A stretch of 55,200 nucleotides of DNA from a virus (taxonomy: Duplodnaviria > Caudoviricetes), in IMG/VR virus record IMGVR_UViG_3300031355_000002, positions 1-55,200 of that record. The stretch is one strand, 5' to 3'. Below, one piece after another: positions 35,887 through 44,696 of this stretch. The notes under the pieces are model-generated. The model was not told the DNA's origin. It was given only the letters and a program-made list of their open reading frames with translations, and ran no database searches. Every line of letters starts with the position of its first letter. Positions within the stretch are counted from its first letter, which is position 1. The translations under genes and the position numbers were made by a program.

Positions 35887-36238
35887 GTTACTACCTATTT
35901 TGCTGCTCGGACTTTTCGTCGGCTGCGCTAAAGCGCCAGAGGATATAATACGCGAAAAGACGAAGGAACACGCGACAGCTGCACTAAAGGCTCCGTCGAC
36001 TGCGGAGTTTGGACCGATTACCGTATATCCAGCGGTTGACCTTTCAAAGCTACCGCTTGAGGTCACCACGATGTGCATAGCGAAAGACCGCCGGCTAATC
36101 ACAGTGTGGATGACCACTGGGTATGTTGATGCTGAGAATTCATTCGGAGCGAAGATACGAACCGACTATGACTTCTACTTCTCAGTTAAAGAGGGTGAGC
36201 CAGTCGTGTTTCTGTACGCGAAGTGGAGGAAGAGATGA
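35879..36238 (+). CDS. Lipoprotein
   Basis: MTKLLPILLLGLFVGC lipobox; LKAPSTAEF ... VDAENSFGA.IR motif. Confidence 0.7.
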   Translation: MTKLLPILLLGLFVGCAKAPEDIIREKTKEHATAALKAPSTAEFGPITVYPAVDLSKLPLEVTTMCIAKDRRLITVWMTTGYVDAENSFGAKIRTDYDFYFSVKEGEPVVFLYAKWRKR

Positions 36239-36654
36239 GAAGTACATGCCCAGACTGTGGCCGTAAGCACATAGCCGAAGCAATCGTCTCGCTGGGCGAG
36301 GCGCGTCTTGGCTATCTGGATCATGTGTGGCTTGCCATAGGTCAGTTGTCTCACGCAGAGCAAGAGCTGATCGAGCGATTCCCCGACATCGCGCTCTATC
36401 TGCGTGAACAACGGATTGAGTTGCAGCGCGGGAGAGACGTACTGCTACTTCCTGTGATCCGCCTGATCTCAAGCTACATCGAAGAGGAGGGTCACGTATC
36501 AGACGAGAACTTCAGTGAGCGTCCGCGTGACCTGGCGTTTTCGTTCACAGACTGGAGTGACCTCGAGTATATTAAGAGGGCCGTGAAAGCGGCATGGATC
36601 AGAGCTGGTGGAGAGTCTGATGAACCGAGGGAGAATCAGAACCATGGCAGCTAA
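36235..36654 (+). CDS. Hypothetical protein
   Basis: CPDC.RKH; GGAGG RBS. Confidence 0.6.
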   Translation: MRSTCPDCGRKHIAEAIVSLGEARLGYLDHVWLAIGQLSHAEQELIERFPDIALYLREQRIELQRGRDVLLLPVIRLISSYIEEEGHVSDENFSERPRDLAFSFTDWSDLEYIKRAVKAAWIRAGGESDEPRENQNHGS

Positions 36655-37045
36655 GAAGAAGCCAAAGGCCAAGAAGGCGCCGCCAGTTAGCAAGGAAGTC
36701 TACGAGCGCGTACTCCAGATGGAGCGCGACAAGCAGGCGTCGACTCGACTCAGCCAGATGGGTAAGTATTCTGGGTGGTCAATCAGCCAGATCGTCGAGA
36801 AGATGCTCGAGATTGACGACACGCTACACTCGTCTATTGAGGGCGCCCAAGAGATGATCAACGAGAGTGAGGAGTCAGTAGCTAAGTCGATTCTTGATGG
36901 CAGCTTCAACGACGCCGCCGAGGACATCATATCGAACGCCAAGAAAGTTGAAGAAGAGCTTACCCTCTTGGCTCACGTTCTTCAGCAGAGATGCGAGAGG
37001 GCTCAGGATACGTTCACTGAGAAGGTCGACGAGTTCAGGGAATAA
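36644..37045 (+). CDS. Helical acidic protein with basic N-terminal tail
   Basis: MAAKKKPKAKK start after GGGAG. Confidence 0.6.
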   Translation: MAAKKKPKAKKAPPVSKEVYERVLQMERDKQASTRLSQMGKYSGWSISQIVEKMLEIDDTLHSSIEGAQEMINESEESVAKSILDGSFNDAAEDIISNAKKVEEELTLLAHVLQQRCERAQDTFTEKVDEFRE

Positions 37046-37048
37046 CAC

Positions 37049-37645
37049 ATGACCAAGGCTGAGTTCAAGAAGATACACAGCAAAGCAAGCAACATGTCTG
37101 AGCTCGCTCGGCTGCTCAAATGTACGCGCCAGACAGCGTATCGCTGGTGCGAACGGTTCGGGTGCAAGCTAAAGGTAGGTGTGCCCGGAAGTGAGCCAAG
37201 ATATACAGATGCTCAGATGAGGAACGCATGGAAACGAGCAGGCGGGAACATCGCTGAAGCTTCAAGAATCCTGGGGTGCACTTACGTCACTGCGCTTACT
37301 CGTATCAAGAAACTTGGGCTCAAGCCTAAAGGTAAAGCTGGAGTGACTATTCAGTCGAAAGTCTACGGTGACTTCAAGTTCCTGGTCACCGTGCAGGACA
37401 TTGCTAGTAAGTACAGTATCGACTCGCGCACAGCCAAGCAGATGTTGATGAGTGAGTACAAGAAGCATCCACTCCCGGGCGGGAATGTGAAAAACGTCCG
37501 TGACATCAAGTTGGCGAAAGCTATCGATGACGACCCATCGATCCTCGAAGAGGCTCAGACAAGATCGGTGAAGAGACTACGTGACTTGACCGGCATACAG
37601 AAGCCGTGGATTGTTCGATATCTGAAGAGAAGGGGAACTGAGTAA
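37049..37645 (+). CDS. Multi-HTH (Fis-like) DNA-binding protein
   Basis: NMSELARLLKCTRQTAYRW; GGNIAEASRILGCTYVT; VQDIASKYSID. Confidence 0.75.
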   Translation: MTKAEFKKIHSKASNMSELARLLKCTRQTAYRWCERFGCKLKVGVPGSEPRYTDAQMRNAWKRAGGNIAEASRILGCTYVTALTRIKKLGLKPKGKAGVTIQSKVYGDFKFLVTVQDIASKYSIDSRTAKQMLMSEYKKHPLPGGNVKNVRDIKLAKAIDDDPSILEEAQTRSVKRLRDLTGIQKPWIVRYLKRRGTE

Positions 37646-38514
37646 TGGCGAAGATTTGGGCACCACAGCAACTGAAGCCGAAGAAGTGGAAGGGTCAACC
37701 ATTCCGCTACGCTCATGAGAAACTTGATGGGTGGAGAGTCACCGGATACAAGCAGAGTAGCGACAGTGTCTTAGTCTTCGGCAAGGATCACCGACCACAT
37801 CTCGAATACATCGAGAGATTCCCGAGGCTCAAGAAGACAGAGTGGTACAGAGCGCTCAAGCGTGAACCGGTCCGCACAGCTTTCGACGCAGAGATAGTGG
37901 TTCCCGGCAAGCCAGCATCATTCGTGTCCACCGCACTGCGTGATCCAAGCATTCCCATCAAGATCGTCACCTTCGCGGTCCCATGGCTGAGGGGTAAAGA
38001 CTTCAACGCACCTCTGGTAAAGGTCCAGGAATATGTCGAAGAAGCAGGGCTGGACTTCGCTCGATGGTGGTACGTCGACCACAAGGCATTCAAAGATGGC
38101 GACAAAGACAAGATGCTCAAGTTCGCTGAGAAACTGGGGATCGAAGGCTTCGTCCTCAAGCAACACCACTACGAGGGCTGGTTTAAGGTCAAGGCAGAGC
38201 AGACAGTCGACTGTATTGTCACCGACTGGGAGGACGGTGAGGGCAAGTACGAAGGTCAGATTGGAGCTCTCGTCGTCTCAGTCCTTGACGAGAACACAGG
38301 ACACTGGATTGAGATTGCGAACTGCTCGGGGATGACCGACGCCGAGCGGAAGCAGATGTCGAAGCTTCGCAAGGGGAACAAGATTCTCGACCGGGTCTGT
38401 GAAGTCAAGTATCAGAACGTCTCATCAAAGGGCCGGCTGAGGCACCCGAGGTTCGTGAGGTGGCGCAGTGATAAGCTCGCCGAGGAATGCACGATTGATC
38501 AACTGGAAGAGTGA
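37645..38514 (+). CDS. lig: ATP-dependent DNA ligase
   Basis: EKLDGWR (KxDG), FDAEI, EGFVLK, WFKVK, RHPRFVRWRSDK. Confidence 0.95.
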   Translation: MAKIWAPQQLKPKKWKGQPFRYAHEKLDGWRVTGYKQSSDSVLVFGKDHRPHLEYIERFPRLKKTEWYRALKREPVRTAFDAEIVVPGKPASFVSTALRDPSIPIKIVTFAVPWLRGKDFNAPLVKVQEYVEEAGLDFARWWYVDHKAFKDGDKDKMLKFAEKLGIEGFVLKQHHYEGWFKVKAEQTVDCIVTDWEDGEGKYEGQIGALVVSVLDENTGHWIEIANCSGMTDAERKQMSKLRKGNKILDRVCEVKYQNVSSKGRLRHPRFVRWRSDKLAEECTIDQLEE

Positions 38515-38553
38515 GAGCTGAAGGATTGCCGACCTCCTGACGGAAGGGAACTG

Positions 38554-38961
38554 ATGATGGGCCTTGATTGTTCACACGACGCTTTCCACGGGGCATACCA
38601 GGCATTCAACGGCCTCCGTCAGAAGGTGGCAGAAGCCTGGGGAGGCACGTACCCACCACACAAAGACAAGACCCTCAAAGAAGACATGTGGTACGCACCA
38701 GACGAATATCCAGATCCACAGAAAACAGCACCGGGCCTGTTCATCTTCTTCACACAGAGCGACTGTGGGGGCGCCATATCGTGGCTGGACTGCGCAATCG
38801 TAGCCAAGGAACTTGAGGAGCTGCTACCAAAAGTAGCCGAACTCGAGGACGGGACGCACAATCATATCCAATCAGTGGGTGGCTATGCCGCTGCGCTCAA
38901 GAAGTTCATAGCAGGGTGTAGGCAAGCTGCACATCTGAAAGAACCGTTGACATTCGGATAG
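38554..38961 (+). CDS. Conserved phage hypothetical protein
   Basis: MGLD.SH..F.G.Y..FN..R ... SDC.G.I...C pattern. Confidence 0.65.
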   Translation: MMGLDCSHDAFHGAYQAFNGLRQKVAEAWGGTYPPHKDKTLKEDMWYAPDEYPDPQKTAPGLFIFFTQSDCGGAISWLDCAIVAKELEELLPKVAELEDGTHNHIQSVGGYAAALKKFIAGCRQAAHLKEPLTFG

Positions 38962-38970
38962 GAGAGATCG

Positions 38971-39330
38971 ATGAAACCACATTGTCCCCACTGTCATCAA
39001 GAGCTGGTGATCAGAAGTGGCAAGCATGGGAACTTCTGGGCATGTCCGGGCTACCCGCAGTGTCGGCACACTAAGGACTTCAACGACTGGATAGTTGAGT
39101 CCGTCGAGAAACTGGCTGTTGCGCTCGATAAGCTAGGAAGGTTGGCAGGAATTGACTGGAGGGATGAGTCAGACGAAGTTTCACGAGAACTTCGACAAAG
39201 TGATGAAGCTGATGATGCAGAAGCTCCGACCGAGGTTCGCAGCACATCAGTTCCATCAAGCAATGAAGGCGACCCACCACCTTTCGACGAGCTTCCGAGT
39301 AGACCTCCGGGAAATGGAGGGATGGTATGA
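38971..39330 (+). CDS. Topoisomerase C4 Zn-ribbon domain protein
   Basis: CPHC..ELVIRSGKHG.FWAC.GYPQC. Confidence 0.8.
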   Translation: MKPHCPHCHQELVIRSGKHGNFWACPGYPQCRHTKDFNDWIVESVEKLAVALDKLGRLAGIDWRDESDEVSRELRQSDEADDAEAPTEVRSTSVPSSNEGDPPPFDELPSRPPGNGGMV

Positions 39331-39467
39331 GCCCATGACTAGCTTGGAGGAAGCTATCCTCCGAGGTGGTCAAGCAGTGGGTGGGTTGCGGTCAGCAGAG
39401 ATGTACTTCTCGTTCCACGGGCACATCACACTCGCCTGTAGTCGATGGGAGTGTATCTGGAGATGGG

Positions 39468-40877
39468 ATGCCGAAAAGCAAGAAATCGAAATCAAGAAGG
39501 CTGATGAAGCATCAGCTGCGCGCCTTGAAATTCATCCGTGGCCACACAGGTCAAGCGGGCTCGTTCATGGCACCTGGTACGGGAAAGACGCTTACGTCAA
39601 TACGCTACGTGAAGGGAGAGCAGCACCAATTGGCTTTGGTGGTATGTAGGCGAGACGACTTTATGACCTGGGAGCAGGAGCTGGAGATGGAGCGTCAGCG
39701 TGAGCCATTCATCATCGACTCTGGCAGGGTAGACCTGGGAGAAGCCACTGAATTCTGCATGGGTGATGGCAAGTGCCGGTGGATCTTGACCACGTATGAT
39801 CTGATGAAGAATCCAGAGATTGGTGAGTGGGTAGAAGGCGAGCTGTTCGATATTGTCATTGCTGACGAGTCTCACATGATCAAGAGATGGAAATCATCTA
39901 GGACTAAGGCGGTGATCCGCCGCACTCGCCACATCCCTGAGCGTATCGCAATGACTGGCTCACCGATCACCAACGAGCCGCTTGACGTGTTCAGTCAGTG
40001 TCTCTTCATCGATGATGGCAAGACGTTCGGCTCTAATGAATGGGCCTTTAAGCGGAAGTACTACCTCAAGTCAGGGCCAGGGTGGTACAAGAGACGTGGA
40101 GCAAAGGACGAGATAGCTGAGAGGCTGAAGAAGATTGCCTTCTACGTTCACGAAGACGACGCAATGAAGCTGCCACCTAAGAAGTCCATCATTAAAGGCG
40201 CTCCGATGTCGAAGAGCCAGGCAAAATCATACCAACAAGTTCTCGATGAGTGGGAGATACTCATCGGAGAAGATGTTCTGGAAATAGATCAGGTCATCGT
40301 CCAGCTAGCTAAGATGAAGCAGATTGCTTCTGGGTTCATCTACGACCAGGAAGGTAAGCCACACTGGATGAAGTCCGAGAAGATGAACCTCCTCTTTGAT
40401 CTGCTAGAAGACAAAGACTACATGGGCTCCAAGCCGAAGGTGGTCATCTGGGCATCATACACAGCAGAGATAGAAAAGATCGCTGAGATAGCTCGGAAGA
40501 ATAAGATCAAGTGCGTAACCTTCAGTGGCTCCAACCGCAAGAAGAAGGAGGCAGCTCGTCGGCAGTTCAGAGACAATAAACGCACTCGACTATTCATTGG
40601 ACAAGTAGACTCGGGTGTTGGAATGAACGAGCTGATAGTCGCTGACACAGCAGTCTACTTCAGCAACTCCTTTAAAGTCGTCTCCAGACAGCAGTCAATG
40701 CGCCGCATCAGAAGGCGAGGGTCTGAGAGACACAAGCGGATCACATATTACGACCTCATCACCGAGAAATCCGTCGATAGACATGTGCTCCAATCCATCA
40801 ATAACAACATGGGATTCGCCTCTATGATCCTGAGTAAGATACGACAGTCGAAAAACGTATCTGGATTTCTTCGCTGA
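39468..40877 (+). CDS. SNF2-family (SF2) helicase
   Basis: PGTGKT, IADESH, MTGSP, GVGMN, QS.RRI.R; start chosen at MPKSKK (GTG 39366 possible). Confidence 0.9.
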   Translation: MPKSKKSKSRRLMKHQLRALKFIRGHTGQAGSFMAPGTGKTLTSIRYVKGEQHQLALVVCRRDDFMTWEQELEMERQREPFIIDSGRVDLGEATEFCMGDGKCRWILTTYDLMKNPEIGEWVEGELFDIVIADESHMIKRWKSSRTKAVIRRTRHIPERIAMTGSPITNEPLDVFSQCLFIDDGKTFGSNEWAFKRKYYLKSGPGWYKRRGAKDEIAERLKKIAFYVHEDDAMKLPPKKSIIKGAPMSKSQAKSYQQVLDEWEILIGEDVLEIDQVIVQLAKMKQIASGFIYDQEGKPHWMKSEKMNLLFDLLEDKDYMGSKPKVVIWASYTAEIEKIAEIARKNKIKCVTFSGSNRKKKEAARRQFRDNKRTRLFIGQVDSGVGMNELIVADTAVYFSNSFKVVSRQQSMRRIRRRGSERHKRITYYDLITEKSVDRHVLQSINNNMGFASMILSKIRQSKNVSGFLR

Positions 40878-40880
40878 GGG

Positions 40881-40908
40881 TTGATCTTTCGCGTCTGTGT
40901 GATAGAAG
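40881..40908 (+). promoter_or_regulatory. Possible internal promoter
   Basis: TTGATC-16 nt-TAGAAG with TG extension; shares ggttga..tttcgc with the 22050 promoter. Confidence 0.3.
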
Positions 40909-40933
40909 TGCGATTTCCGGGAGGGATGCAAAC

Positions 40934-41977
40934 ATGGCCAAGCAGAAGAAGCTGATCCAAGTCGCTCCAGTCAAGCTCGTAAAGTTGCCGTCTCTGATAC
41001 TCGAGAATCCGTTCGAGGACCCACTCCTGCCTGAGAAAGTAACGTGGACTGCCTCTGCGTTGAAGACTTTCCGCAAGTGTCCACGCAAATACTTCTGGAA
41101 GTACATCATGCGGCTCAAGCCGCGCCGGAGAGAAGAGTCGCTGGCAATCGGCATCGTGGTCCACGAAGCGATAGGCAAGTGGTACGCAGGCCGCAAGGCT
41201 TCGATGAAAGCGATTTCCAACAAGACGGTCAAGACTCTCGAAGACGACCTCCTCAAGACCCAGGCCCTCTACGATCAGGGTGACTACGATAAGTTCTCTG
41301 CTGCGGTTGCTACCCTGCGTGGCATGCTGCGTGGATATGCAGCGAACTACAACCGGGACAGGCAGAAATGGAAGCTCGACCGTAAGAAGGTGGAGGCGAA
41401 GTTCAAGGTCGACATGGGTAACTTCTTCTTTGCGGGGAAGATCGACCTTCTGACGCTCGAGCAGAAGACCGACGTTCTGGTCGAACACAAGACCGCATCC
41501 AACATAGGCGACTCATATATCGACCGCCTTCCTCTCGACACTCAGGTCCGCGCATACATTCTCGGTGCAGAACTTGAGTTCGGAATCAAAGTCGGCAAGG
41601 TCGTCTACGACGTGATCCGGAAGTGTAAGCTGCGTCGGAAGAGTGACGAATCACCCGAGGACTTCAACGACCGCATTGCTCTCGACTATGAAAGTCGCCC
41701 GGGCTTCTACTTCTACCGCGAGCCCCTCAAGTTCAACCGCGCCTCCATCAAGAACTTCCGTTTCGAGATGCAGCAGACTAACGAAGTGTATCAGCAAATC
41801 GTCGATGGAGAAGAGCCGGAGAATCCTCGCTCGTGGTTGCCGAACGATGCTCTGTGCAACGAATACTTCAAGCTGTGTCCATTCCACTCTCTGTGTCTCG
41901 ATGGACTTTGCAAGGGTCACAATGCCCTCTACGAGCAGAAGAAAGATGAGCACGAAGAACTTGCTGATGGAGAATAG
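40934..41977 (+). CDS. PD-(D/E)xK exonuclease (Cas4/RecB-like, Fe-S Cys set)
   Basis: CPRKY, GKIDLL, VEHKT, Q...Y, C.....CPF...C. Confidence 0.9.
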   Translation: MAKQKKLIQVAPVKLVKLPSLILENPFEDPLLPEKVTWTASALKTFRKCPRKYFWKYIMRLKPRRREESLAIGIVVHEAIGKWYAGRKASMKAISNKTVKTLEDDLLKTQALYDQGDYDKFSAAVATLRGMLRGYAANYNRDRQKWKLDRKKVEAKFKVDMGNFFFAGKIDLLTLEQKTDVLVEHKTASNIGDSYIDRLPLDTQVRAYILGAELEFGIKVGKVVYDVIRKCKLRRKSDESPEDFNDRIALDYESRPGFYFYREPLKFNRASIKNFRFEMQQTNEVYQQIVDGEEPENPRSWLPNDALCNEYFKLCPFHSLCLDGLCKGHNALYEQKKDEHEELADGE

Positions 41978-42242
41978 CGAGCGGATTCGCTTCAACCAAT
42001 GCCTGGACGGAATGCTCATACTCTTCAGGATTGAGATGGAGCACAATGATGAAGCCGACTCTTACATGAGTGATGGTCGAATAGACATGGAACATCTTGC
42101 TTGGGCATTGAGAGATTACATACTGCAATACTTCGAGAATCACAAGGAATCAGAGAAGTGGCCACCACTTGTTGAGGCAGCCGTTACACGACGTCTAGAA
42201 CTATTCATCGTTGGAAGGGCATTTGACCATGGACATAACTGA
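41967..42242 (+). CDS. Hypothetical protein
   Basis: Start adjusted to MENSE. Confidence 0.55.
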   Translation: MENSERIRFNQCLDGMLILFRIEMEHNDEADSYMSDGRIDMEHLAWALRDYILQYFENHKESEKWPPLVEAAVTRRLELFIVGRAFDHGHN

Positions 42243-42606
42243 CCTCTTTCCAAAACGAGAGCGTGTCCTCACCTCCGCTGAATTCTGGCACTTTGTGGAG
42301 AGCAGAGAAGACGTCAAGGTTCATGGAATGGTAGAGGCTGAAGATCCGAAAGACGACGCAGTCATCTTCGGCCTGACTGGGATCCCAGCAAGGACAAATA
42401 CTGGGTGGATGATTGTTTCGATGCACCCCACGGAAACGCTGTTTCACTCGCTAGAAACGTGGACAGAGATCTTCAACGGCGAACGAGACTTGAAGATTAT
42501 GAAACACTTTACCCGTATCGTTGGGTACTATTCTGAGCTCAATAACTGGAACATGTCGAAGATCGCCGAGTTGGCTGATCGTCGGCGCGGTCACTACGAA
42601 CTGTAA
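42229..42606 (+). CDS. Stand-alone NrdD-type glycyl-radical domain protein
   Basis: C-terminal TRIVGYY....WN.SK.AE..DR as in class III RNR; only 125 aa. Confidence 0.75.
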   Translation: MDITDLFPKRERVLTSAEFWHFVESREDVKVHGMVEAEDPKDDAVIFGLTGIPARTNTGWMIVSMHPTETLFHSLETWTEIFNGERDLKIMKHFTRIVGYYSELNNWNMSKIAELADRRRGHYEL

Positions 42607-42616
42607 GGAGGCAGAG

Positions 42617-43375
42617 GTGGCGAAGAAGAAGGCGAAGAAGAAGGGCAAGAGCCTGAAAAAGGTGAAGCCACTAGTCCTGCCGACCAAGAAGACGAAGCCG
42701 GCATCTGATATCACAGACTACATCTCGATGTTCTACGGACCCCCGGGTGTAGGGAAGACGACGTTTGTTAATGATATGGGGGACGTGCTGTTTCTCTCGA
42801 CTGACCGTGGTACGCGATTCATAGAAGCCATGAGAGAAGAGATTAGCACTGTCAGCAAACTCGAGCGAGTATTTAAGGCACTAGAAACAAAGGGAGCAGC
42901 AGACAACTACGATATGGTCTGCGTTGACCATGTCGATGACTTCTGCACTATGCTCGAAGACCACGTCCTTGACAAGTTGCGCGTCGAGTCGCTCGGAGAT
43001 GCTGGTTGGGGCAAGGGCTGGAAGATGTATCGTAAGATTATTGCCCTTTTCCTGCGCAGACTAAAGGCTCTCAACTTAGGCATCACATTTATTGCCCACG
43101 AGACAATCAAGACAGTGCGTAGCCGTGGTCAAGAACTAGAACGAACGATGCCCGCAATGAGCAAATCAGCCTGGGGGCTTATCATCCCAGTTTGTGACAT
43201 AGTGGGGTACTGCGGCTTTAAGACGATCAAGAAGGGAGGAAAACGAAAGGAGATCCGGACGGTCGAGTGCGAACCGAGGGAAGACCTCTACGCGAAAGAC
43301 CGGACGGACCGAGACCAGCCCGAGAAGGGCTGGGAACGGTTGGATGGTGCCAAGTTCGTTGAAACCTTTGAATAG
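42617..43375 (+). CDS. AAA_24/Sak4-like ATPase
   Basis: FYGPPGVGKTT, VCVD, FIAHE, CDIVGY; GTG start after AAGGAGG. Confidence 0.85.
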   Translation: MAKKKAKKKGKSLKKVKPLVLPTKKTKPASDITDYISMFYGPPGVGKTTFVNDMGDVLFLSTDRGTRFIEAMREEISTVSKLERVFKALETKGAADNYDMVCVDHVDDFCTMLEDHVLDKLRVESLGDAGWGKGWKMYRKIIALFLRRLKALNLGITFIAHETIKTVRSRGQELERTMPAMSKSAWGLIIPVCDIVGYCGFKTIKKGGKRKEIRTVECEPREDLYAKDRTDRDQPEKGWERLDGAKFVETFE

Positions 43376-43386
43376 GAGGAGTACCC

Positions 43387-44637
43387 GTGGCAAAGAAGAA
43401 GTCGAAGAAGAAGTCAAAGAAGGGCAAGAAGGGCAAGAAGGGACGCAAGAGCAATAAGGGAAGTACAAAGCGCAAGAAGAAGCAGGAGACTGAGGACGAC
43501 GATGACGACGGTGAAGTCGAAGAGCACGGCAAGAGCGGAGCCGTCACCTTCGATGACATCGACGACTGGGACGATACCGAAGAGGCTCCGTCGTTCAGCG
43601 AAGTACCTGACGACAAGTACGAAGCAAAGATCGCCAGCGCAACGCTGAACCGCTCGAAGTCCTCGGGTCGTCGCCAGTGTTCGTGGGACCTCATCATCAT
43701 CAGCGGTGAGATGAAGGGTCGCCACGTCTTCAAGCACGATGGTCTCGAGGACGAGCAGCAGCGGTCCTACTTCAGGCAGGCTCTGGCCAAGCTCGGTATC
43801 GCATGGCCGAAGAAGAGCGAGCTGGCCGAGACTCTCTCTGAGCTTGAAGGAACCTTCGCTGCAATCACCGTCCGCACCAAGGGTGAGTTCCAGAACGTTT
43901 ACTTCGACCGCGCTCTCGACTCCGATGATGTCGGAGACATCGACGACCTGGACGATGATGGAGACGGAGACGGTGATGATGCTGCCGAGCTCGAGAAGGG
44001 TGACCGCGTCACCGCCGAGATCGATGGCGAGACGTATGCTGGCAAGATCATGAAGATCAAAGGCAGCAAGGCCACGGTCAAGTTCGATGACGGCGACAAG
44101 CAGACGCTGCCTCTCGACGAACTGTCCGCCGAAGACACCGACGATGACGGGGACGGGGATGACGACGGGGACGATGATGGAGACGGAGACGGGGATGACG
44201 ATGCTCCCGAACTCGAGAAGGGTAGCCGCGTAACTGCAGAGATCGACGGCGAAACCTACGCCGGCGAGATCAAGAAGGTCAAGGGCAAGAAGGCCACCGT
44301 GGAGTTCGATGACGGTGATACCCAGAAGATTGCCCTGGACGACCTCACCGCCGAAGACGATGACGGTGATGGAGACGACGATGATGGCGACGGAGACGAC
44401 GACGGGGACGACGGGGACGGTGAGGGCGTAGAGGTCGAGTTCGATGATGACGACCTCACATCGAAGGACAAGAAGAAGATCAAGAAGCTGGCGAAGAAGT
44501 ACAAGATGGACCCTGAGGACTATGACACCACAAGCGACCTGCTCGTAGAAATCGCGGAATATTGCGATATCTCGGGCACGTACAAGAAGGCGTCAAAGCT
44601 CATCAAGGAGTGCGAAGAGCACGAAGACGACGAGTAG
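43387..44637 (+). CDS. SSB (DUF669-like OB fold) with Lys-rich tail, two Tudor/SH3-like repeats and Asp-Gly tracts
   Basis: F..VPD.KYEA.I.....RSKSSGR......I..GE.KGR.VF; follows Sak4-like gene; duplicated ELEKG.RVTAEIDGETYAG.I....KATV.FDDGD. Confidence 0.8.
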   Translation: MAKKKSKKKSKKGKKGKKGRKSNKGSTKRKKKQETEDDDDDGEVEEHGKSGAVTFDDIDDWDDTEEAPSFSEVPDDKYEAKIASATLNRSKSSGRRQCSWDLIIISGEMKGRHVFKHDGLEDEQQRSYFRQALAKLGIAWPKKSELAETLSELEGTFAAITVRTKGEFQNVYFDRALDSDDVGDIDDLDDDGDGDGDDAAELEKGDRVTAEIDGETYAGKIMKIKGSKATVKFDDGDKQTLPLDELSAEDTDDDGDGDDDGDDDGDGDGDDDAPELEKGSRVTAEIDGETYAGEIKKVKGKKATVEFDDGDTQKIALDDLTAEDDDGDGDDDDGDGDDDGDDGDGEGVEVEFDDDDLTSKDKKKIKKLAKKYKMDPEDYDTTSDLLVEIAEYCDISGTYKKASKLIKECEEHEDDE

Positions 44638-44648
44638 AGCCTAAACAA

Positions 44649-44687
44649 TGGGGACTCTCGGTTCAACCCCGAGAGTCCCCAGTCTTT
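44649..44687 (+). terminator. Terminator-like hairpin after SSB
   Basis: Perfect 13-bp stem tggggactctcgg/ccgagagtcccca followed by gtcttt. Confidence 0.7.
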
Positions 44688-44696
44688 GGAGCGTCG

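Noticed and set aside
39152-39649. Overlapping ORF across the helicase start
   Set aside because: It overlaps two supported genes in other frames with no motif; a short real gene from 39335 cannot be fully excluded
40934-41977. Cas4-like nuclease as a CRISPR component
   Set aside because: It sits with Sak4-like and SSB genes in a standard phage recombination module
44562-44696. N-terminal extension of the primase ORF (and similar extensions in the ORF track)
   Set aside because: It overlaps the SSB end and a terminator hairpin; a downstream ATG with RBS fits better
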